From positions 128,001 through 192,000 of the forward strand of contig JBOEGD010000011.1 in NCBI GenBank assembly GCA_050633245.1: a stretch of 64,000 bases of DNA, written 5' to 3'. Position numbers and translations under genes: made by a program. The notes beneath the pieces were generated by a model that saw only the letters and a list, made by a program, of their open reading frames with translations, was not told the origin of the DNA and did no database searches. This document shows positions 38,273 through 47,977 of the stretch, piece by piece. This DNA is from Calditrichia bacterium. Lineage in GTDB: Bacteria > Calditrichota > Calditrichia > RBG-13-44-9 > J075. The number at the start of each line of letters is the position of its first letter. Position 1 is the stretch's first letter.

Positions 38273-39850
38273 ATGGCATCAAAAATTGAACTTGCCGACC
38301 TTGAACGTTTGAATGATGAGAATTCCAACTCGATTGTATTTGCGGCTCTTGCTGCGAAGTATATTGAAATGGGACTCGTTGATAAAGCACTGTCTATCGC
38401 CAGCCGTGGTGTCGATAAGTATCCAGATTATGCCTATGGCCAATATGTTCTTGCACTTTGTCATTACAATTTAAATGACTACGCGAAGGCGAAAAGCCGC
38501 CTTGAGGTGTCTTTGGCGCTTGATGACAAGAATCCGCGCGGCTGGAAGCTTGCAAGTGATGTAAATGAGCAGATGAATTTGCCGCTGCTCGCTGATGAGT
38601 GCCGAATGCATTATTTCCTACACGATTCATTCAACACCGATGCCGTAGAATTATTCCAGAAACATGATGCAATAAGTTTTACCGACTTCGAAGCCGATCC
38701 CTCCATTAGCGTTACAAATGAAACCGGCCCTTACATGAATGCCGAGCCTGAGCCGGAAATGGTAGAGGTAGAGGAAATAACTGATTCCACTATCGATCTT
38801 GGCTTCACTGAAGATACCGAACCCGAAGCGGATCTCGATCAATTTTTTGATGATGTTCCTGCCGAAGAGGAAATCAATATTTCTCAGAAAGTTGAAGAAG
38901 TCTTTAAGGAAACTCTTGGAGACATGTCCATCGAAACAACGCTGGATGATTTCAGGGAACCACAGGATGTCGAAGATGTCTCTATTATTGATGCTTCGAT
39001 TATCGATGAAGATGATGACAGTACCCGTGAGGCAGACAGCGGTGAAGTCGAGCAAGATCTTCTGGACATGGAAGACCAAAGTCGCGCTATTGATGTAAAC
39101 AAATTGTTCTCTGAATTTGAGGTTGGCGAAACGCCTGATGAAGCCCTTTCGATGAGCGAAACGACTGATTTGGAAGACGTGAGTGCACCTGCTGTTTCAA
39201 CTGAAGATGAAACCTATGATCAGGTAGACGATGACTTTTTGGACTTTAGCTCTGTTGTAGAAGAAATTATTTCCGAGCGAGATGATGAAACACGCGGCGG
39301 CATTGCAAATGCCAGCGATCTTGAGGCATTCGAATCGGATGATGACAGTATTACTTTCGAGGCTCTTGAGGTAGGCGACGACAGTATTACTTTCGAAGCG
39401 CTTGAAATTGCAGAAGAAGCCTCGGAAATAAACGCAATTCCGGCGCCTCAGGAAGAGGAAGAAGATGTGTCTTTCGAAAGCCTGGACCTGACTGATGACA
39501 GTATCGCTTTCGATCTGCAGGATGTAACGGACGAAAATATCACGCTCGAAGATTTTAATATCGAAGAGGAAGATAGCGTTACTCTGGATGAAGATGATGT
39601 GCAAGATGATAATACCTATGAGGCTTTATCGCCGGATGGTGCCACATCCGAACCTCAGGATAACACTACGCGTTTTGGTCGACCACCCATTCTTTCCCCA
39701 ACGTTGGGAGAAATATATATCGCCCAAGGACGTTTTGAAGAAGCTATTGAGGTTTTTCAGCAGCTACTCGAAAAAGACCCGGGTAACCAACGGTTTCAGA
39801 AGAAGATTAATGATATTCAAGCTATGCTCGACAAACAGCGCAGTAATTAA
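38273..39850 (+). CDS. TPR protein with a long acidic low-complexity linker and C-terminal TPR
   Basis: N-terminal TPRs, about 300-aa D/E-rich middle, C-terminal 'SPTLGEIYIAQGRFEEAIEVFQQLLEKDP'. Confidence 0.8.
   Translation: MASKIELADLERLNDENSNSIVFAALAAKYIEMGLVDKALSIASRGVDKYPDYAYGQYVLALCHYNLNDYAKAKSRLEVSLALDDKNPRGWKLASDVNEQMNLPLLADECRMHYFLHDSFNTDAVELFQKHDAISFTDFEADPSISVTNETGPYMNAEPEPEMVEVEEITDSTIDLGFTEDTEPEADLDQFFDDVPAEEEINISQKVEEVFKETLGDMSIETTLDDFREPQDVEDVSIIDASIIDEDDDSTREADSGEVEQDLLDMEDQSRAIDVNKLFSEFEVGETPDEALSMSETTDLEDVSAPAVSTEDETYDQVDDDFLDFSSVVEEIISERDDETRGGIANASDLEAFESDDDSITFEALEVGDDSITFEALEIAEEASEINAIPAPQEEEEDVSFESLDLTDDSIAFDLQDVTDENITLEDFNIEEEDSVTLDEDDVQDDNTYEALSPDGATSEPQDNTTRFGRPPILSPTLGEIYIAQGRFEEAIEVFQQLLEKDPGNQRFQKKINDIQAMLDKQRSN
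39341..39412 (+). repeat. 36-bp intragenic tandem duplication (DDSITFEALE x2)
   Basis: GAYGACAGTATTACTTTCGA at 39341 and 39377; degenerate copy at 39494. Confidence 0.85.
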
Positions 39851-41518
39851 TTAGCTTCGTTGTAAGGGCAAGGCATGAATCTTACCTTTTGCACAGCGAG
39901 GGCAAATGCTCTTGCTGAATTCCGCATCACTGTTCTCATTTATATATCGCTCTATTCGCTGCCAGTATCCGGTATCTGTTCGAACGTCTTTGCAGGTAGA
40001 ACAGATCGGCAGAAATCCACTTAACCGCTTAATCTTCGACATTGCTTCATGCAGCTCTGATGATTGCCGTATCATATGGCGATTTACTACTTTCAACTCC
40101 TTATTTGCCGCCTCGAGTTCTTTAAAGGCCCTTTTTAGCTCGTTATGTGCTTTCTTGCGAATGCGATAGCGACTCAGAAGTAGTCCCGCAATTATCCCAC
40201 AGGTAATAACGATTCCCAGAAGTGCGTATGTCCAGGTCTGCTGCCGCGTGAGAATCGCTTGCTTTAGCTCGGCATCTTTTTGCAGAAGCGCGACTTCTTT
40301 TTCCTTCTGGAAAATCGAGTTAAATGTTGCAATTCTGTTGCTTACTTTACGCTGCATAACGCTGTCTTCGGCGATTTTTACCTGACGTTGATAAACCAGC
40401 GCGCCCTGATAATCCCGTCGTTCTTCACATAGCAGCGCCAGCGTTTCCAGGCTGGCAATAACCAGTTCGGTATTACCCGCTTCACGAGATTTCCATAAGG
40501 CATCTTTTCCAAGCCGCATTGCTATTACATTCTGACGCAATTTGCCATTCGCCACTGCGGTATTTAACTGGATCCGAATACCCAACTCTTTGTTGTTTAG
40601 CTGACTTGAATTCTCCATGGCTGATGCAAAATAATCCATTGCCAGTCCATAGCGGTTTTTTAGGAGATAGTTTTTGCCGATATGATTTGCAGATTCGGCA
40701 ACTCCCTCCATATCATCCAGTGCCTCGCGTGTTTTATAGGCCTTGAAATGAAATTCAAGCGCTTTCGAATATTCCTGCATAGACTGGTATAGACTGCCAA
40801 TGTTATTGAGAAAGCGTCCGGTTCTTACTGAATCGCCCAATTTCTTCGTAATGTTAAGTGCACTGGTTAAGTGCGTCAGAGCTCGTGAGTTATCGTTTAT
40901 CTGCTGATAAATTAAACCAATCTCTGCATATACATCTGCTTCAGCGAGCAGGTCGGAGCGCTTCTTCTGACATTCCAGCGCTTTGTAAAAGTAATCGAGA
41001 GACTCTTGATAGCTGCCAAGTTTGCGGTAAATAATGCCTAAGTTCAGGTTGTTTTCACAGTCCAAACTATCCCCGCTTATTCGTTCTGACTGGAGGCCGG
41101 CAGCGAGCGCATGATCGAGATTGCCCATTTTACGTTGGATAATGCTGATTTGTAGAAAGGTCGCTGCAAGCGTTGTATGATTTGCAGCTTGCTCTGCCAA
41201 GAGTTTTCCTCGCTCCGCAAAGACCAGCGCATCAAAATGTTTGCCAAGCCTTAGATAGGCTTTGCTAATTCCGATGACCACCTCGATCTCTGTTTCATTT
41301 TCTGGAAATTGAGATAGAAGGACCAGTGCTTCACGCCCATAAGCAATGGCATTGTGAGGGATACGGGTTTGGTAGTCCTCGACAAGTTCTGCCAATAACG
41401 GAACTTTTTGTTCGCCGCTTAAGCCGGCAAGAGTTTTTTCTTTACTGTTTACATGCGATTGAGCATGTACGGGCGGCGCTATTAGAAATAGCGACACCAA
41501 AAGAGCGTATAGACGCAT
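39851..41518 (-). CDS. Extracytoplasmic TPR-array membrane protein with coiled coil and C-terminal CxxC...CxxC domain, no kinase
   Basis: Signal peptide, MalT-like TPRs, TM 'WTYALLGIVITCGIIAGLLL', tail 'LPICSTCKDVRTDTGYWQRIERYI...SICPRC'. Confidence 0.8.
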   Translation of the reverse strand: MRLYALLVSLFLIAPPVHAQSHVNSKEKTLAGLSGEQKVPLLAELVEDYQTRIPHNAIAYGREALVLLSQFPENETEIEVVIGISKAYLRLGKHFDALVFAERGKLLAEQAANHTTLAATFLQISIIQRKMGNLDHALAAGLQSERISGDSLDCENNLNLGIIYRKLGSYQESLDYFYKALECQKKRSDLLAEADVYAEIGLIYQQINDNSRALTHLTSALNITKKLGDSVRTGRFLNNIGSLYQSMQEYSKALEFHFKAYKTREALDDMEGVAESANHIGKNYLLKNRYGLAMDYFASAMENSSQLNNKELGIRIQLNTAVANGKLRQNVIAMRLGKDALWKSREAGNTELVIASLETLALLCEERRDYQGALVYQRQVKIAEDSVMQRKVSNRIATFNSIFQKEKEVALLQKDAELKQAILTRQQTWTYALLGIVITCGIIAGLLLSRYRIRKKAHNELKRAFKELEAANKELKVVNRHMIRQSSELHEAMSKIKRLSGFLPICSTCKDVRTDTGYWQRIERYINENSDAEFSKSICPRCAKGKIHALPLQRS

Positions 41519-41628
41519 AGCTGCCTCTGTGATGTGATATTGTTTGTGATCGGAGAATGCGGTTAAAAAAATTTTGCAGATAAGTTAGTATCGGCGGGTT
41601 AAAGGCTCGGCATTAGCAGGAAAATTGA

Positions 41629-42969
41629 CTATTTTTTCAAAAAATTGCATGAATTAGCAGCATTCTTGCCACTAATAATAGCACCTTCTATTGTTGCAGG
41701 TAAGCCGGTAGCTGTCCAGTCTCCGGCGAGGAAAACATTGGCGATGCCGGTTTCGGTTTCAGGTCTGCTGAGTTGTGCTGAGCAGGTAGGAAGAAATGTA
41801 GCCTTCTTTTCACGTATGACCTTCCAGCCGAGAAAGTCTTTTGGCGAAAGATCGGGCGTGGCATATTTAATAGATTCTTCCAGTGCGAGTTGCTGGATTT
41901 CTTCGTTCGATTGACTACAAAGCTCATCGGCTCCGCTAATGACAAAAGCATAGCCAAAACCTTCACCGGAAAATGCTTGTTCCGGAAGCTCGAAAAGCCA
42001 CTGCAAGGGTGAGTGGGGGAGAGATACCGGAAATATTCCCGACAGTTTATAGCGAAGCCGAACATAAACTGTAACTATGGGTGAATAACGCCAATCAACT
42101 GCTTTAAAGGAACAGCTTCCGGTCAACAGGCGCTCTGTTACGTGTCTTGGCGTCGCCAGAATAGCTGCTGAGGCATGCAGTCGTTCACCAGATCGCAGTT
42201 CCAGCGCAACGAACTGATTCGCTTCTATAACAGCTTTTCTGACTGTTGAGGATAGTGAAACCCGAACCGATAGTCGCTGAAACGATTTTTGGAACCCATC
42301 ACTGAATATTTGATCGAGTCTGCCAAGCGGAATACCAAGGCCGCTTAGGCTGGTTGAAGCAAGAAATGCCTGGTTAAGCACCCGAGACATTAATAAGGCA
42401 CAGCACTGATCTATGGTGCCGTTGAGCGTTGCCAGACACAGCGGTTGCCAAAATATTTCGTTTAGCTTTTTTGAACCCTTCCCGCTGCATTCAAGCCACT
42501 CACGTACCGTCATATTTTCTAAATCACTTTCGCTAAATCGCTTTGACGAGATACCCCATCTTAAAAGCTGTATTCTGTCTTGCCATGAGATGGGCATTTT
42601 GACTAAAAGCGGCATTAGCAGATGAAGTGGAGCGGGAAGCTTCCAGGCATTAAAAACAAGCTGTTCTTTGGCTTTATTATTAAACTGGTAAGCAAGCTGG
42701 AGTTTGTGTTGTTTTAAAACGAGATGGTCAGTGCCGAGGTATTTGAGGATTTTATACGTTTCATGATAGCCATTGGACAGCACATGTTGACCATTGTCTA
42801 TCCAAAAATTGACGTCTTCAGCGTATGTCGAACGCACCCGTCCACCAAGATGTGGTGTTGCTTCAACAAGATGAACCGAAAATCCGGCTTGTGCTGCATA
42901 CCATGCTGCTGTGCAGCCGGCAAGTCCACCGCCAACAATCAGAATATCCGATTCAGCTATCTTAGGCAT
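41629..42969 (-). CDS. hpnE: Hydroxysqualene dehydroxylase
   Basis: FAD 'IVGGGLAG', 'LGGRVRS', 'IDNGQHVL', 'REKKATF', 'LAGDWTATGLPATIEGAIISG'; operon with hpnC/D. Confidence 0.88.
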   Translation of the reverse strand: MPKIAESDILIVGGGLAGCTAAWYAAQAGFSVHLVEATPHLGGRVRSTYAEDVNFWIDNGQHVLSNGYHETYKILKYLGTDHLVLKQHKLQLAYQFNNKAKEQLVFNAWKLPAPLHLLMPLLVKMPISWQDRIQLLRWGISSKRFSESDLENMTVREWLECSGKGSKKLNEIFWQPLCLATLNGTIDQCCALLMSRVLNQAFLASTSLSGLGIPLGRLDQIFSDGFQKSFQRLSVRVSLSSTVRKAVIEANQFVALELRSGERLHASAAILATPRHVTERLLTGSCSFKAVDWRYSPIVTVYVRLRYKLSGIFPVSLPHSPLQWLFELPEQAFSGEGFGYAFVISGADELCSQSNEEIQQLALEESIKYATPDLSPKDFLGWKVIREKKATFLPTCSAQLSRPETETGIANVFLAGDWTATGLPATIEGAIISGKNAANSCNFLKK

Positions 42970-43825
42970 TTTGAGCGGCAGGAGCTGATAATAGTTTTAT
43001 CCGCGAAACGGTCTTCATTGTAAGCCAGATTTTCGTGGGTTTAGAGACTTTTATAATATTGTCGAGAACGCGATATTGGCTATCATCTATTTTGGTTAGC
43101 AGGTGAAAATAAATATTCTTCATGATTTCTGAAACCAACATATTCCGCTGTTCGCTTTCCGGTAAGCAATTGTTGGCAAGGTCATAATACTGGTGAGCAC
43201 GTTCGCTTTGAAACTTCATCAGATCTTCAAAGTTCTGGCTATAGCGGTTCTCAAATAAATCGCTGCGATCGACGTTGAAGTTTTTTAGCTCTTCTTCCGG
43301 AATGTAAATTCGACCCAATTTTGCATCTGTGCCAACATCACGCATTATGTTTGTAAGCTGCAAAGCGATGCCGAGATTCTCGGCGTATTGCTTAATAACG
43401 GGATCGCGATAGCCAAAAATCTGTATGCACATAAGACCGACCACAGAGGCGACACGATAGCAGTATAGCTTCAGGTCGTCAAACGAGCGATAGTCCAGAT
43501 CGTTCAGATCCATTCGAACACCGGCTATGAGTTCCAAAAAGTACTCGAATGGAATTTTGAATCGCTCTGAGACTATTCGAACGGAATCAAAGTAATTACC
43601 GGCTCGACTGGTGAAGCAGTGTTTAAGGTCTTTTTCCCAGCTGTTTAGTTGGTTCCAGCGTTTCTCTGTGGGCTCATTTGTATCCGCAATGTCGTCGGTT
43701 TGTCGACAAAAGGCATATAGCGTATAAATTGCCTGACGCTTGTCTTTAGGAAGAAGAAAAAATGAGTAAAGAAAGCTGCTTTTGCTTTCCATCGTAATTT
43801 GCTGGTCAGTTTGTGTGTTCATCAT
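42962..43825 (-). CDS. hpnD: Presqualene diphosphate synthase
   Basis: 'SKSSF..SF..LP', 'YAFCRQTDDIAD', 'YCYRVASVVG', 'LGIALQLTNIMRDV', 'GRIYIP'. Confidence 0.88.
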   Translation of the reverse strand: MMNTQTDQQITMESKSSFLYSFFLLPKDKRQAIYTLYAFCRQTDDIADTNEPTEKRWNQLNSWEKDLKHCFTSRAGNYFDSVRIVSERFKIPFEYFLELIAGVRMDLNDLDYRSFDDLKLYCYRVASVVGLMCIQIFGYRDPVIKQYAENLGIALQLTNIMRDVGTDAKLGRIYIPEEELKNFNVDRSDLFENRYSQNFEDLMKFQSERAHQYYDLANNCLPESEQRNMLVSEIMKNIYFHLLTKIDDSQYRVLDNIIKVSKPTKIWLTMKTVSRIKLLSAPAAQNA

Positions 43826-44681
43826 ACCAGTGCCTGTTGAGAGTTAATTGCCCTGCGATCTTAAGCCAATCCCATTTGGATAGTGTCGGTCTGACCGAAA
43901 CCATATCGTAACTATTTTTTTTAATTTTGTCAAGGATAGATATCCCACCTGCGACCGTAAACATAAGTTCGAGCTTTAAGCGACCGCCTATGTTTTTCAG
44001 TAATGGGATGCCTTTACGAAACTCCCGTCTGGTATTATTCACTAATTCCATTGCCAGCTTTCGAGAGTCATTTGAGTTTTTTCCGTCAATAATATCTTGT
44101 TCGGATACGCCAAAGTGTCTAAGCAGATCCTGCGGTATATAAATGCGTTCTTTGTTTATGTCTACTGAAACGTCTTGCCAAAAGTTGGCTAGCTGAAGAG
44201 CGGTGCAAATATGATCGGAGTAGCGAAACAGCTCGTTAGAGGTATACCCGTGCAATCGCAAAATAAGGCGTCCGACCGGATTTGCAGAGCGGGAGCAGTA
44301 GTCGAATAGGTTCTCGATAGTTGTATAGCGGGTTTGCTCCAAATCCTGTAGAAATGCGCTAATTAAATTGTCAAACAGCTCAAGGGGAAGCGAAAACGTG
44401 TGGATCGTTTCTTTGAGCGCAATAAATACCGGATGATCAGGTTTACCGTTGACTGCCTGGTGTAGCATCTTTTGCCATTCCAGAAGACCTTCTTTGTCCG
44501 CATCCTCGTCTGCAAGGTCATCGGCATGTCGGGCGAACGCATAAATTGGGTAGACATGGCGGCGCACTTTCGCAGGAAGCAGAACTGAAGCCACCGGGAA
44601 GTTCTCGTAATGGCTTTCAGTAATCGCCTTGCAAGTAGCGTATGCCTCATCAATCGAAAAATCTTTTGCCAAACCCTTCAT
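43806..44681 (-). CDS. hpnC: Hydroxysqualene synthase
   Basis: HpnC signature 'HYENFPVAS.LLP', 'FARHADDLADE', 'YCSRSANPVGR', 'ALQLANFWQD', 'RPTLSK.DW'. Confidence 0.92.
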   Translation of the reverse strand: MKGLAKDFSIDEAYATCKAITESHYENFPVASVLLPAKVRRHVYPIYAFARHADDLADEDADKEGLLEWQKMLHQAVNGKPDHPVFIALKETIHTFSLPLELFDNLISAFLQDLEQTRYTTIENLFDYCSRSANPVGRLILRLHGYTSNELFRYSDHICTALQLANFWQDVSVDINKERIYIPQDLLRHFGVSEQDIIDGKNSNDSRKLAMELVNNTRREFRKGIPLLKNIGGRLKLELMFTVAGGISILDKIKKNSYDMVSVRPTLSKWDWLKIAGQLTLNRHWYDEHTN

Positions 44682-44840
44682 CCGACATCCGTCTGTTTAT
44701 GCTGCGAATCTAAGGGATATAGACCTCTCAGACAACCTTCAATATTGTAATTCGGGATTTATCGTTTTTTCTCCGCTAATGTCTTCAGGTGAATGCTCCG
44801 AAAATTATTGTCATAAAGCGTTCAATCAAGGAGGATTGAG

Positions 44841-46859
44841 GTGGAGAGGGAGTTCGAAACGCAGGAACAGTCATTCCGCATATCATTTTTCAAACCAATG
44901 TATAGTTTGTTTGCCGGAGCATTTCTGATTTCGGCAGGACTGGCCTGGCTCATGTGCCTTCAGCAGGGCAAAGAGTTTGCGCTGCGTGAAAGTATTCGGC
45001 AGGAAGTACTGACCGGGCGAATCGCTCTTTTGGCTCTGAAGTCTGCTCAAACTTTGGATAAGGTTGAACGCAGTGAAGTTCAAAGCGAATTGCTGGCTGC
45101 ATGCGAGCGACTGACACTTGTGCACCAATCGTTTCTGATGGGGAATGACGCGGAAAATGTCCCTTCGGTAGCCGAAGCGGGTCTTGATGCAATCTATTTT
45201 GAGGCGCCGATTCAGCTTGATGAACGTTTGCGGAAATACATCGATGCGGCACAAGTAGTTGCCTCACTGGCTACAGTAAAAGAAATAAAGCGCAGCAAGT
45301 CGCTTGAATTTTTGTCGCGAGACTCGGCAGGATATCTGATAAACTCACTGCGTCGTGCCTCACTTGGCTATGAACAGTTTTACAGTCAACGTGGCGAATG
45401 GCTGCGTTATGCGGTTTTTTCGCTCTTTGGCATATTCTCTTTATTGTTATTTTTTGTTTATCGATACCAGCTACGCTCAATCCGAGGCCGAACGCATTAC
45501 CATCTTTATCGTTCAGCAGATATCTTACGCGATACCATGGGAATGCGGGATCAGATAAATTCAGAGAATCTGGCTTTTAGTAAAAAATGCGAGAATCTGC
45601 AGGCTGCGTTGGATTCTGCACGGGAAGGCCTGTTGATTATTGATCACCAAACCAGACGTCTGGAATTCAACAGGAGCTTTGTTGAGCTTTGGGAGATTCC
45701 AGACAATATTCTTGCAGTAGACAGCTATGATGGATTGCATGAGCATTTAAACCTGCGAATTGAAGATGCCGCTGCGTTTAATCTTAAATTTGTCTCTAGG
45801 GAAAAATTACCCAAGAAAGGATTGAATATTGCCGTTTCGCTAGTCGATGGAACAATTGTTCAGCTGATTACAGAGGATCGGGATTTTCCTACGGGCAAAA
45901 AGCGCGTTTGCATCTATCGGGTTTTTGAACCATCGGCTGGCATCGATCGCGTTCTTAAGGAGAAAATTACCGTTCTGCAAAGCATTGTTACTTCAGTCTC
46001 TGAAGGTGTTTTGGTCACCAATGCAAAAGGCCGCATAATGCAAATGAATACGATGGCAGAGCATCTATTACAACAGGAGATAATCTCCGGCTTACCCGGT
46101 AAATGGATAAAGCAATTTGGTTTTACGAAATACGGAACCTCTGAACCTGTCGAAGAGGAGGAGTTTCCATTGAGCCGAGCCCTGTCCGGCGTTTCAGTTA
46201 CCAGAAGTGATCTGAGTTTGCACCAGTCTAAAACCGAAGCGATCATCGATTTACGACTTGTTTCGAAGCCTCTGCTAGATGCTACAGGAAATGTTTTTGG
46301 TGCCATTCTTCTCATGCGGCCACTATCCGGAGAGGCGGATGATCTTAGTGTGCTGATACATAATGAGGAAGAACTTTCAAACGAAATGCGAATTACCAAT
46401 GGCGTTCTTACCGGAGCCCTCGATCATGACTTTAACGGCAAAATTCGTCGCTGCGATAAAAATGGTTGCGTCCTGTTAGGCTACAGCCCGGGCGAACTTG
46501 AACGCCTCACGGTTAAGAACATCTTTGCCAAACAAGCTGTTGAACAGGTTGGTCGGGAATACAAGGAATTGTCATCAAATTACCCGGTTCGCTTTCGCGC
46601 AAAAATGCTGACGCGGCAATTTAGAGAGTTTTATGCGGATCTTACCGCATCGATTGTTGGAGAGGGAGATAACCGGTTTGTGCGGGTTCAGTTTTATCGA
46701 GCTGTATTGCCTATCGAAGCACCTGCTGCTGCCGATTCGAGTGATGTGTCTGAAGAGTCTGAAAAACCGTCTGATTCAGATCCTCTGCCAGCGGAATTTA
46801 TCTCGGGAAATTCTGCCGAAGAAAAAGGTCCCGGAGAGTTGACATTTAGCGATTTGTAA
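44841..46859 (+). CDS. Membrane sensor with degenerate PilJ/NarX-like periplasmic bundle and about three PAS-like domains, no output domain
   Basis: Two TMs; 'ALDSAREGLLIID...FNRSFVELW', 'IVTSVSEGVLVTNAKGRI', 'LLGYSPGEL'; acidic disordered tail; AGGAGG SD. Confidence 0.68.
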   Translation: MEREFETQEQSFRISFFKPMYSLFAGAFLISAGLAWLMCLQQGKEFALRESIRQEVLTGRIALLALKSAQTLDKVERSEVQSELLAACERLTLVHQSFLMGNDAENVPSVAEAGLDAIYFEAPIQLDERLRKYIDAAQVVASLATVKEIKRSKSLEFLSRDSAGYLINSLRRASLGYEQFYSQRGEWLRYAVFSLFGIFSLLLFFVYRYQLRSIRGRTHYHLYRSADILRDTMGMRDQINSENLAFSKKCENLQAALDSAREGLLIIDHQTRRLEFNRSFVELWEIPDNILAVDSYDGLHEHLNLRIEDAAAFNLKFVSREKLPKKGLNIAVSLVDGTIVQLITEDRDFPTGKKRVCIYRVFEPSAGIDRVLKEKITVLQSIVTSVSEGVLVTNAKGRIMQMNTMAEHLLQQEIISGLPGKWIKQFGFTKYGTSEPVEEEEFPLSRALSGVSVTRSDLSLHQSKTEAIIDLRLVSKPLLDATGNVFGAILLMRPLSGEADDLSVLIHNEEELSNEMRITNGVLTGALDHDFNGKIRRCDKNGCVLLGYSPGELERLTVKNIFAKQAVEQVGREYKELSSNYPVRFRAKMLTRQFREFYADLTASIVGEGDNRFVRVQFYRAVLPIEAPAAADSSDVSEESEKPSDSDPLPAEFISGNSAEEKGPGELTFSDL

Positions 46860-46994
46860 TACTCTGACTGTTCATCAGCTTCTCGCGACACGGCAGAAAA
46901 TTCATTTTATAAAGAATATTCTCATGCGCGCAAGACTTATGACGATGGTTAAAACATCGGAAAGTCTTCAAGTTACATTCTAAAATGTTCGGGG

Positions 46995-47858
46995 GTGGGA
47001 ATGATTTGGCGAATTTTGGAACGCACGTTAAAACCGTTAATGATAGCTGCCATATTATTTCTGTTAGTGATCGTTTTCTTCTACCAGGTTCAAAATATTA
47101 AACAGACCAAGACTGAGTATGCAGAAGCACAGGTTGTTTCAGTACAGCTTCGCCATTCTATCAGGCAAATTGGCAGACAGGCAGAGTTCCTTGAAGTTGC
47201 TCGTGAGCCAGCCGTTATCAAAAGCAAGCTGGTGACCATGCAAGGCTTCATTGAAACTGCTAAAATAAAGCATGAAAGTCTGCTCCGCGGGAATCCAACA
47301 CTGCAACACAATGCGCCAATGCCTGCGGATATCGCGGGTGTCTATGGTAGCGAACAAATAAATACGCACGCAAGGGTTCGCAATTATCTGGATGCCGCTT
47401 CGGAGTTGGTTCGCCATGTTAAAGCTGGAACCAGACCTCCTGCGATGTTAATGGCATCCCTTTACACCAGCCGAATTGATAAGAGCCTCACGAGGACAAT
47501 AAAGAAGTTTGCAAGCGAACGTGAAGTGCGTTATTCCGGAGGCGTTATTGCATTGCTTTGCGCGGTTGCCGGGTTGGCATTTTGTTTCAGCCTTGTGGTT
47601 CTCTATGTTAAACCACCGAGCCCGGACAAACAGGCAGAAACCTTCATACGTGCGTCGAGCAAGGTTGGAAGCGTGGCAAGTATATTGACCGATATGTCGT
47701 CTCTTCAGGAGATCAGGATTGCCCGGGATACCATTTATTATGAGCCGGAAACAGATAGCAAGATTGCATATCCCGCTTTGCCGCTGGAGGATCCGGTGAC
47801 TGAGCCAAAAGCTGTGCCCGAAGCGAAGCAGAAAGCCCGGGAAATTGAGTTTATCTAA
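46995..47858 (+). CDS. Two-TM protein with PilJ-like periplasmic domain and short cytoplasmic tail
   Basis: 'HESLLRGNP...IAGVY...VRNYLDAA' parallels 'HQSFLMGND...LDAIY...LRKYIDAA' in the upstream gene. Confidence 0.6.
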   Translation: MGMIWRILERTLKPLMIAAILFLLVIVFFYQVQNIKQTKTEYAEAQVVSVQLRHSIRQIGRQAEFLEVAREPAVIKSKLVTMQGFIETAKIKHESLLRGNPTLQHNAPMPADIAGVYGSEQINTHARVRNYLDAASELVRHVKAGTRPPAMLMASLYTSRIDKSLTRTIKKFASEREVRYSGGVIALLCAVAGLAFCFSLVVLYVKPPSPDKQAETFIRASSKVGSVASILTDMSSLQEIRIARDTIYYEPETDSKIAYPALPLEDPVTEPKAVPEAKQKAREIEFI

Positions 47859-47880
47859 GAGGCTCAATATCTTACTATAG

Positions 47881-47916
47881 AAAAGGGAGCGGTCTGGCAG
47901 ATCGTTCCCTTTTTTT
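47881..47916 (+). terminator. Rho-independent terminator
   Basis: AAAAGGGAGCGGTCT-GGC-AGATCGTTCCCTTTT plus T-run. Confidence 0.85.
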
Positions 47917-47977
47917 ATGATATAAAGATTTAGTCCGTTTGCCAATGGGGCGTAAAGTTCGTTATTATGATCATACG

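Noticed and set aside
39341-39520. 36-bp periodic repeat as a possible CRISPR array
   Set aside because: In-frame within a CDS, no unique spacers, synonymous variation between copies, no cas genes
46891-46908. GGCAGAAAATT identical to part of the HK sigma54 promoter
   Set aside because: No GC at the -12 position
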